NCBI RefSeq assembly: GCF_006345805.1
Contig: NC_043007.1
Coordinates: 49,042,001-49,106,000 of the forward strand
Source of the DNA: Octopus sinensis
Lineage: Eukaryota
Direction: 5' to 3'
DNA: 64,000 nt
Shown here piece by piece: positions 54,138-64,000 of the stretch. The notes under the pieces were generated by a model. The model saw only the letters and a program-made list of their open reading frames with translations, searched no databases and had not been told where the DNA came from. The position numbers and the translations under genes were made by a program. Position 1 is the stretch's first letter, and each line of letters begins with the position of its first letter.

Positions 54138-55394
54138 CTGTGTGTATATGTTTAAGCGTGCGTGTATGTATGATTGGTGACGTTTTTGTGTACAATGGAA
54201 GAACCACGACCAGCACACCTATTTCTATTTTTCCAGACACAATGTGCCTAAAACTATATTATACAAATACACCCTCCTTTTGTAAGTCTATAAGATATAA
54301 CTTGAGGGAAGTTTAGTTGTTATTTCGCGCATATCAAACGTCTTCGTAGAAATCCTCTTCTGACCAAAGACTTTTACCAGTCTTCTTTAGCCTTCTGTCT
54401 TCCATTATGACTCCATTCACATCCAGGATGCTTTACAGGAATATTTAATCGACCTGAGTATACGACTGGTACTTTCTTTTATCGACCCTAGAAGGATGAA
54501 AGAGCCGTTGACCTTGAGATTTGGACAATGAACATAAAGAGCCATATACAAACACCACTACGTATTTTGGTCGAAATTTTAACATTTCTATAAAACCAAT
54601 AGAATCGTCTTAAATAAATGCTATGTTTACAATGAGGAATATTTAGAGAACAGTTTCGTGGAATTTGTTTCTCTGAGAAATTAATTTCCACTGGGTTACG
54701 AATTGTAAAGGATTAAGGTCTTTGCTGTGTAACCCCGGGGTCGACTTAAGGTCAGCGCCAAATCATCCTCAGGTCATCCTCAGCGCATCTATAGTTAGAG
54801 ATGACATGATTAAAAAAGACGTTGTGTAATTTGAATAAAATTTTACTGCTATTTTTAGCATGTCGAACGACCTCGTAGAGTTTCCCGGGCACCATATGTA
54901 TTATAAACAGGATGGAGAGCTAACCAAACTTCAGTTGTAAATCGGAACTATTTTCACCAACTCGAATCCTCATGAAATTAAATATTCAAAAAATGCACAC
55001 TTCGTATGAAATGCTGTCATTACATAACAGATAGATTATTCACCGCATTCTTTTATAATGCAGTGTTGCTTATTTAGCTCGTTTGTTGGTAATTCTCTTT
55101 TTAAAAATAATTCTCTCTACTTTCTTATCATCCACTTCGTAGTTTATAATTTGGTAATTCAGATTCAATTTGCTGCTATTGTTTTAGGCATTTTTTCCCC
55201 CCATTAATGCAAGACAATAAAAATTTCATGCGAACCCAGTTGTAAAAAGTAATGAACCAGCTTCAGATATAAAGAGAAAATGGCCTAATTGGTGCCTGGT
55301 CATTGTTCAATCAGTACATTTTCAGTATTTTTAACATATCTCACAAGAGTAAGGTACCTCACTTGTTTACTGTACACCACGTGCTTAGTGTAAT

Positions 55395-55520
55395 CACTCG
55401 TTTAACGAACATCACTTGTTTAACAAACACCATTTGTTTCATGTATTCGCTCGTTTAACGAGACTCACTTGTTTAACGAACACCAATTGTTTAATGTAAT
55501 CAGTCGTTTAACGAAATTTT
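55395..55520. repeat. Short tandem array of (c/t)tcgtttaacgaac-like ~20-bp motifs
   Basis: gtttaac occurs about five times, plus a gtttaat variant. Confidence 0.7.
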
Positions 55521-55639
55521 GTATTTTGTTTATTAAAAGTTGTAGGTAATCGAGGAAAATAAAATATGAACAAGATCATCTATTTTGTTTAATTTACGTA
55601 TCAATAACGAAAAACAATCGCAGCTTTAAAATACGTCTC

Positions 55640-55842
55640 TTACTTGTTTCAGTCATCAGACTGCGGCTGTGCTGGGGAATTGTCATGAAGGGTTTAGTCG
55701 AAAAAGTCAACGCCAGTACTTTTTTATAAAGCGTAGTGTGTATTTTATTGGTCTATTTTGCCGAACCGTTAACTTAGGGGACGTATACAAACCAGCGCCG
55801 GTTGTAAGGCAATGACAGAGGACAAATTGAAAGGCGCGCACG

Positions 55843-55898
<56 letters not shown>

Positions 55899-56663
55899 GA
55901 GGACGGGCTTCTTTCAGTTACCATCTTCCAAATTCACTCGCAAGCCTTTGGTCGGTCCGGGCTGGATTGAACGCGGAATCATGTGATTGTACGCCTACGC
56001 TCCACAATTTTTTTTTATCTTATATCTTTTGCTTGTTTCAGTCATTAGACTGTGACCATGCTGGAGCACCACCTTGAAGAATTTCTAGCCTAATGGATCG
56101 ACCCCAGTACTTATTTTTTTAAAAGCTTAGTACTTATTGTAACTGTCTCCTTTGCCAAACCGCTAAGTTATGGGGACGTAAACACACTAACACCGGTTGT
56201 CAAGCGGCGGTAGAGGACAAACACAGACATAAACACAGATATAGGGTATATATTCAACGTGACGAGTTGAATTTTTCACTTGGATTTGCTGAAGAGAGCT
56301 AAGGTTTTTCGCCAAAACTCGAACTCATTATACAAGTATATCCAAATAGCAAACTATATAGCATTAAGCTGTGATGGTATGTCAAGTTTTTGCTCGCTTG
56401 CCCAACTACTGTTATCTGTTGAAATTTTCAGTGTCATTGGTTGTTAAGTTGAGGGTTTTAGCTTCACCTTCTAGCGGGTAGGCGCTTCGTATGCCCTTAT
56501 GATAAATATAAATTTTAATTGTATAGCTATCTAACATTATTTAATGCCCACCTATATTATTGTTGTTGTTATTATCATTCTATATTTATCACAGATAATA
56601 ATATCTATAGAAATATTCGCTTTTGAATATTTATTCCTTATTTTATACATGCATACATATATA

Positions 56664-56747
<84 letters not shown>

Positions 56748-57120
56748 AAAGAATCTGTAGAACATACATTTTTCAGTTCGAAAATGGCTATGAGAAGCTC
56801 GAAATTTATATAAAAGTAACTCCCTGTAAACATTATTTAGTCGAACAAATCGATCCTAGGACTTATTGTTTGGAAGCCTAGTACTTATCCTATCGGTGTT
56901 TTTTGCCGAACCGCAATGTTACGGGGACGTAAACACCCCAACAGTGGTTGTCAAATGATGGTGGGGGGACAAACATAGACACACAAACCCACACATACAC
57001 CACGCGTTTCTTCCAGTTTCCATCTACCAAATCCACTCACAAGGCTTTGGTCGGCCCGAGGCTATAGAAGGCGATACTTGTCCAAGGTGCCGTGCAGTGG
57101 GACTGAACCCAGAGCCATTT
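55640..57120 (-). mobile_element. Three SINE copies of the 58362 family (~55640-55980, ~56025-56230, ~56830-57120)
   Basis: Each has the tail motif (gactgtg.ccatgctgg.gc) and/or ccaaatccactcacaaggctttggtcggcccgaggctatag. Confidence 0.8.
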
Positions 57121-57689
57121 GTCAGTTAGATACATCGTTTTATATTTGTCTTAATTTTATTACTTTCAAAAAAAATATTTAATTTTTTAAAAGTTTTTAC
57201 TCTTGGCAAATTTCTTATTTTGTGACACATTTAAACAACCAATGAAAATATAGCATTCAAACTACATTGATCTTTGCCTTTTAGCGATAAGCGCTATCAT
57301 TTTAGAAGACTTGTTTGTTATGATTCTGATGACATTTACGTAGAAGTTGTGGAAGGATACGAACATAAAGTGCGCAGCTTATATATTTATATACATACGG
57401 TGAAAAATCTTGGTTATTTCAAGTGAGTATAAATATGTAACAATTTTTCACCTTCATCTCTGGTTGCACAGACGCTCATAGTTGATATCAATTTTAGATA
57501 GGCGTGTCTGTTTTCAGTCTCTCTCTCTCGTTTTTCGGTATTAGTTTTATAGAAGCTTCTTTCAAAATTCCTATTTCGTTTTACACACATTAAACTTGCG
57601 TAGGTTAAATTATGTAAAATGTAAGAAAAAATTCCTTACTGTTTCTTGCAATACATACCAATACATACATCTAAAGCAGAAGTTTTTCA

Positions 57690-57699
57690 GGATAGATAA

Positions 57700-57744
<45 letters not shown>

Positions 57745-57749
57745 CAGAG

Positions 57750-57826
<77 letters not shown>

Positions 57827-57845
57827 CATACATACATACATACAT
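57690..57845. repeat. (GATA)n followed by (CATA)n microsatellite
   Basis: Direct reading. Confidence 0.95.
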
Positions 57846-58361
57846 ACATACATCTGTCAAGCTTTTTTTATGTATTTGTTCGGCGATTTCTGTGAAACTT
57901 TTTTTATTTCTTATTAGTTTTTTAAAGGGCTGTGAAAACCGACATTTACCTTTCATATTCGGGATCGAGCTGAACACGTTCCCACACACGCACGCACGCA
58001 TACACACACACAAACACACACACACACACACACAACACACACATACACACACACACACACACACACTCACACACACACACACACACGCACACACACACAC
58101 GTACATGCATTGTCTTTCTTATACATGAGCTGAACTGTCAAATATACGCGCACGCACGGACACACACACTGACATACGCACATATATATACATACATATA
58201 CATACACAAATGCACATACATAGTTCTTTTTTCACGAATTGCTTTTGCCTATGTTTTTTTGTGTGTATCTATGCATGTATTTATGTGTATGTACGCTTGT
58301 ATATTTGTGTATGTTTGTATGTATGTATATATGTATGTATGTATATTTACTTATGTCTATT

Positions 58362-58760
58362 GGCGTAGGAGTGGTAGTGTGGTAAGTGTGGTAGCAGCTT
58401 GCTTACGAACCACATGGTTCCGGGTTCAGTCCCACAGCGTGGCACCTTGGGCAAGTGTCTTCTACTATAGCCTCGGGCCGACCAAAGCCTTGTGAGTGGA
58501 TTTGGTAGACGGAAACTGAAATAAGCCCGTCGTATATATGTATATATATGTGTGTGTGTGTGTGTGTGTTTGTGTTTGTCCCCCAGCATTGCTTGACAAC
58601 CGATGCTGGTGTGTTTATGTCCCGGTAACTTAGCGGATCGGCAAAAGAGACCGATATGATAAGTACTAGGCTTACAAAGAATAAGTCCTGGGGTCGATTT
58701 GCTCGACTAAAGGCGGTGCTCCAGCATAGCCACTGTCAAATGACTGAAACAAGTAAAAGA
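58362..58760 (+). mobile_element. Full-length tRNA-derived SINE with internal (TG)n and LINE-like tail
   Basis: ggcgtaggagtggtagtgtggtaag (A box), ggttccgggttcagtccc (B box), 3' ggcggtgctccagcatagccactgtcaaatgactgaaacaagtaaaaga. Confidence 0.88.
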
Positions 58761-60089
58761 GTATATGTATGTATATTTGTATATTGGTCTCTGTGAGTAC
58801 GTATGTAAAATATCTATTTTTGTGTATGTTTGTGTGTATGTATGTACGTATGTATGTATGTATGTATGTATGTATGTATGTATGTATGTATGTATGTATG
58901 TATGTATGTAGCATGCTTGCATGCATGTGTGTGTGTATGTATGCGCGCTTCTGTTTTTAATTATTTAAATTTTTCCTTTGAAGAAGCAGCTGCTTTCTAA
59001 CAAACATACTAAGTTGCATCGTAGATAACGAAAACAATATCACATTTTAAACATGAGAAGGCTTGCATACTTGTAATGTACGAGTTAGTTATGTATGTAT
59101 GGACATGTGTGTGTGTGTGTGTGTATGTATGTATGCATGTATGTATGTATGTGCACACTGGCTCGGGAACGAAATTTGCTTAGAGAGTGCAGACTCAGGT
59201 CCAACATTTTCTACAAACAAGGTTTTATTTCTTTTTATACATTTTTGTCTTTTGCTTTGTGAGAAGAAAACTAACCTCAAGCTATTTTTAACTGATCATA
59301 TTTTACGCGGTTTTCTAAACCCGAGGAAAGTAACTAGAGCTGCGAATTTTGATTTGTATGTGCATGTAGCTAGGGTTTGTTCTTACCTGTTTGATCTGTG
59401 TATGTAAAATCCAAGGTTTAACATTCATTTCTGTGTTTTAAAGTATTTGAAGTTTACTTCGGAGAATTACGTTTTTTTTCTCCTGTTTCTGGAAAAAGAA
59501 AGAAAAAAATAAAAATAGGGGAAATCGGCGCTCACCATATCAATCCCCACTTCCTTTATTTTCAATCAGAAAATGAACCATAATTTAAAAACATTACTAA
59601 AATCTTTTTGATTTTCTCATTAATAGCGTCCCTCTAAAAATCCTAAAACCATAACTTCTTTGCGAATTTTTATTTTTAATCATAGTTTTAAAATACAGAC
59701 AGTCCAAATCTGCAATTCGTTTCTATAATAATTTCAGCGGGTTACCTCGTTTAATTAAGCACAGTTTTTTCTTACATGCACGTCTCGTATTACAGATTCT
59801 AACATTGGCGGTGTAAGGGGAGTAACTCTAGCAGTGTGGGAAGGGAGCTAAATCTTACCAAATATTGGGTGGTTTGAAAATGTGTTACGTCTAATATAGA
59901 ATTTCTTAATGCTAGGCGGAACCTATGTATTTGCAAAGTGTATTGTTATGGAATGTTTGGGGCGAGTGGGTTTGCAGGGTGACTATTCGTGTGTTTCATG
60001 TATTACTCTGTTAATTAGACTTAAATAGATGAGTATTCTAATTTGGGATTATGAAGGCCTAGAGAACTGCATGAAGACAATAGAGGCTA

Positions 60090-60530
60090 TTCTACCGGTA
60101 TTTCGAAAATACATACAGGCCCACGTGGAGACAAAATCTGTTGTTCTCAAATTTCCTGTTGAGAAGATTTTGTTTAGCCGCAAGTATAGCTAGGTGTTCT
60201 GATAGGCAGAGATCGCAGCGTCTATTTGCTGTGTTGTAGGAAGTTGTTTTTGTGAGTATACGCCAGTTCAAGCTAAAATCTATTTTTTTATCCTTAAGTT
60301 CCCAAATGTATGCACTAAGGCCTGTTGAGTTTGCTTTATTCCTATTTCTGAAGCTGGATAGATGCGTATTATATCTGAGAATCATTTGGTTCTTAGCTGC
60401 ACCTATGTATGATTTCGTCTGGTTGTCAGTGCGGACGTCACATTGGTAAACTACGTTATTTGTCTTACATCTATTTGTGAAATGGCACTTTGTTTTATCT
60501 CTACAGCAGCATAAATAATTGGCTGTATCT
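60090..60530 (-). mobile_element. Penelope-like GIY-YIG endonuclease remnant (third of this type)
   Basis: CKTNNVVYQCDVR...SYIGAAKNQMILRYNTHLSSF...STGLSAYIWELKD...NWRIL...CDLCLSEH. Confidence 0.85.
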
Positions 60531-60627
60531 AGGTCCGTGTTGTATTGTGGGGGGCCAATTATTATTCAGGTTTGTACCTAAGTAAACAGGAGGCGTTGCG
60601 TTAGAGAGAGAAAGAAAGAGAGAGAAT

Positions 60628-60637
60628 CATCATCATC

Positions 60638-60669
<32 letters not shown>

Positions 60670-61378
60670 GTTTAACGTCCGTTTTCCGTGCTAGCACGGG
60701 TTGGACAGTTTGGCCGGGGTCTGGGAAGCCAGGAGGCTGCACCAGGCTCCAGTCTGATCTGGCAGTGTTTCTACAGGTGGATGCCCTTCCTAACGCCAAC
60801 CACTCTGTGAGCGTAGTGGGTGCTCTTTTCGTGCCGCCGGCACAGGTGCCAGGGGGGCTGGCAGCGGCCACGATCGGTTGGTGCTTTTTACGTGCCACCA
60901 GCACAGAAGCCAGTCAAGGCGGCGCTGCAATCCGCCACGTTCGGGTGGTGCTTTTTACGTGCTGAAAGGAAGCAACAGAAAGTAACAACCACACTCTTAC
61001 CCGAGCGTAGAGCGGGTCACCTTCAGCTAGTGTATATAAAGGGTTGGACAGTTTGCCGGGTCGGGGTCGGGGAGACAGGAGGCTGCACCAGGCTCCAGTC
61101 TGATCTGGCAGTGTTTCTACAGGTGGATGCCCTTCTAAACGCCAACACTCTGTGTGAGCGTAGTGGGTGCTCTTTTCGTGCCCGCCGGCACAGGTGCCAG
61201 GGGGGCTGGCAGCGGCCACGATCGGTGGTGCTTTTTACGTGCCACCAGCACAGAAGCCAGTTCAAGGCGGCGCTGCAATCCGCACGTTCGGGTGGTGCTT
61301 TTTACGTGCTAAAGGAAGCAACAGAAAAGTAAACAACCACACTCTTACCCGCGCGTAGAGAGGTCACACTTCAGCTAG
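60628..61378. mobile_element. Tandem duplication of a chimeric unit: RTE 3' UTR (minus) + Helitron family B 3' end (plus)
   Basis: Units 60698-61030 and 61041-61378, each ending ...acccgagcgtagagcgggtcaccttcagCTAG|t (variant in unit 2); (CAT)n tail at ~60628-60670. Confidence 0.8.
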
Positions 61379-61447
61379 TGTTATGTACTATATATATATA
61401 TATATAATATATATTTATAATAAGATTAGCTTGTATACGAGTGGGAT

Positions 61448-61945
61448 ATATTTGTTAAAAAATGAAGTTTGAAAATGCTGCTAATTAGACCAAATTTAAT
61501 TTAAACATGTTTCGGTTCTTGAAATGACGAACCCTATCAAAAAAATTGTTTTTTTATATATAAATAAAGAGAGTTCCATGCTATATGTTTAAAGAATATG
61601 ATGTAATAGTTCATAATTGTGACATAAATTCAATAGAGTCAAATATAAAAAATTCATATATAATATTCAATAGAGTCAAATATAAAAAAATTCATATATA
61701 ATAAAGAGAGTCCATGCTATATGTTTAAAGAGTATGATGTAATAGTTCATAATTGTGACATACATTCAATAGAGTCAAATATAAAAAATTCATGTTCTTG
61801 AAAAGGCGAGGAGTTCATTTTAGATTTTACCTTGTGTTCCAATGGGAGCAACAGTTGATAAGGTTCGTCATTTCAAGAACCGAAACATGTTAAATTAAAA
61901 TTGTCTAATATGGCAGCATTTTCAAAACTTCATTTTTACAAATAT
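61448..61945. mobile_element. Foldback element with ~95-bp inverted termini and internal tandem repeats; diverged partial copy at ~62845-63210
   Basis: atatttgt.aaaaatgaagttt.gaaaatgctgc...aacatgtttcggttcttgaaatgacgaacc.tatcaa at 61448-61540 and its reverse complement at ~61857-61945. Confidence 0.8.
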
Positions 61946-62007
61946 ATATATATATATTATATATATATATATTATATATATATATATATCTATATATATA
62001 TACTATA

Positions 62008-62046
<39 letters not shown>

Positions 62047-62062
62047 ATTATAGATATATATC

Positions 62063-62095
<33 letters not shown>

Positions 62096-63274
62096 CATAT
62101 ATTATATATATATATATGTATATATTGTATATATATATATTGTATATATATATATATCGTAGTATATGTATATGATGTATATATATGTATATATATTATG
62201 TATATATATATTGTTGTATATATATGTATATATATATGTATGTATATATATATATGTATATATATGTATATTATATGTATATATATATATAGTTATTTAT
62301 ATATGTATATATATGTATATATATATATAACGGGAAGCTTTATGAAAAAAACAAAAAGAAGAGGCAGGTGGCAAAAACGAACAATTGTATAGTATGGCGC
62401 TCAGGAAATATAAATAAAACAAGTTTTCTTTAACGTCGAGCCTAACGCTCGTCAACGAAAGATACACAGAGGAGAAAAAACATATATGATATATATATAT
62501 ATATATATATATAATATGATATATATATGTTCTTATATATATATATATGTTATATATATATTATGGTATATAATATATATATATATATATAGATATATAT
62601 ATGTATATATGTATATATATATATGTATATATATGTGTACTATATATGTATATCTATATTTATGTGTATATATAATATATGTATATATACATATGTATAT
62701 ATATATGTCTATATAATTGTATATATATATGTATATATATATGTATAATATATATGTATATATATATATGTATATATATAGGTATATATATATATATAGT
62801 ATATATTATATATGTATAGATATATGTATATATATATATATGTATTTGTAAAAAAATAAGTTCGAAAATGCTGCTATATTATACAATTTTTAATTTTTCA
62901 TATATACATTATAACATGTTTCAGTTCTGGAAATGAACCTATCAAAAAAAAGTTAGTATATAAAAAAAGATAGTTCATGCTATCAAATATAAGAAATTCA
63001 TTTATAATACACAATGGAGTCAGACATCATAAAGGTTCAATATATAGTTTGAAGTGAGTTCGGTCATGCTATATGGTTTTAAAGTGTATATGCAGTGGTT
63101 CGTGGTTGGTGATATGCATTCAATATAAAAAATAGATCAAAGTGGTGGAATGCAGTCAATATAAAAAAACTGATGTTCCTGAAAGAGCGAGGAATTCATT
63201 TTTACCTGAGCAAATGTGATGACTTATGGTGAGTGTTCGCTGGATGATTTCTGGCGAATCTTGTGAATTGTTCG

Positions 63275-63680
63275 GGCTTTATAAACACTGTTAGGTGGTC
63301 AGTCCAGCGTAGCGTGACGTCATCAACGTTTTGACCAATCGTTTCGTTAGGTGGCTTAGTCAAGCAGAACGGGACGTCATCAACATTCTGACCAATCGTG
63401 ACCTATCGCTGTATTATAACTGTCTCTTGTCTGTATCCTGTTTTGACCAATCGTTTCGTTAGTTAGGTGGCTTAGTCAAGCAGAACGGGACTTCATCAAA
63501 ATCTGACCAATCACGACTTATAGCTGTATTAGATCTGCCCCTGTCTGTATCTTGTTAGTGACTAGTCAAGCAGAAAAGGACGTCATCAATATTCTGACTA
63601 ATCTCTGCCCCTTGTCTGTATCCTGTCCAGTCTAGCAGAACTAGACGTCATCAACGTGTGGACCAATCAGAATCGGGTCT
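63275..63680. promoter_or_regulatory. Tandem modules rich in CRE-like (gacgtcat) and CCAAT motifs next to TTTATAAA
   Basis: TGACGTCA at 63315-63322; further gacgtcat at ~63373, 63580 and 63645; gaccaatc at ~63333, 63390, 63445, 63505 and 63662. Confidence 0.45.
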
Positions 63681-64000
63681 GACCCTTAGTGTATCGTATG
63701 TGGTCAGTTCATCAGGGTTAGATTTGTACGAAGAAAGCTTTTTTATAAATTTTTTTCCCTTTTTTTCCTAAGGCATATTTCCGTCGTGCGAGTGACTGTT
63801 TAGGTAGCGGCCGTGGTGGAATTTGCTTCTCCTTTTCGGAGGACCAACTTTTGTTTAATATATCTTTGTTTTTAATATTCCTGGCCCAGTGGTGTTTAAA
63901 AACTTGGTCTATATTTGTTTATGAAATACAGTTCTTTATTTTGGCGTTGTGTGAAGGTTGCGTTGTCACTGAATTATAGAGCGGGTTAGTTGTAAATTTC

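Noticed and set aside
59715-59750. Hammerhead downstream of the third GIY-YIG remnant
   Set aside because: ctgaaat...gaaacg lacks the GA core nucleotides and supporting helices.
61500-61540. Hammerhead in the foldback termini (UUGAUAG...GGUUC/GAACC-GAAAC-AUGU)
   Set aside because: The core differs from CUGANGA at several positions and helix I does not pair; at best a relic.

Overview
AT-rich, microsatellite-dense eukaryotic DNA. The repeat families and the (AT)n/(AC)n load suggest an octopus-like coleoid cephalopod; this is an inference. There is one 100-N scaffold gap (11711-11810) and signs of indel-type consensus errors. One intact host gene is supported: an intronless-CDS UDP-glucuronosyltransferase (33118-34632, minus strand, 504 aa). 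Most of the rest is transposon debris: a near full-length CR1/L2-group LINE (~17110-21060), RTE LINE remnants, four Penelope-like element (PLE) remnants with GIY-YIG endonuclease, several Helitron families (including a head-to-tail trimer and a helicase-carrying deletion derivative), a Tigger/pogo element with TIRs and TA TSD, hAT and mariner remnants, two Merlin-like MITEs with 8-bp TSDs, and many tRNA-derived SINEs. The most notable signal is a set of type I hammerhead-ribozyme motifs found by eye. All have a palindromic tetraloop helix III and an unusually long helix II. Two have a complete canonical core (4705-4790 minus, 42979-43095 plus) and two others (29859-29948; 10987-11074) plus a weaker one (16633-16732) are variant; two lie downstream of PLE endonuclease ORFs. 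A second signal is a LINE ORF1 that appears to combine a Myb/SANT-like domain with a CCCH zinc finger. All assignments come from manual motif reading, no searches or folding programs were run, and many element boundaries are approximate.
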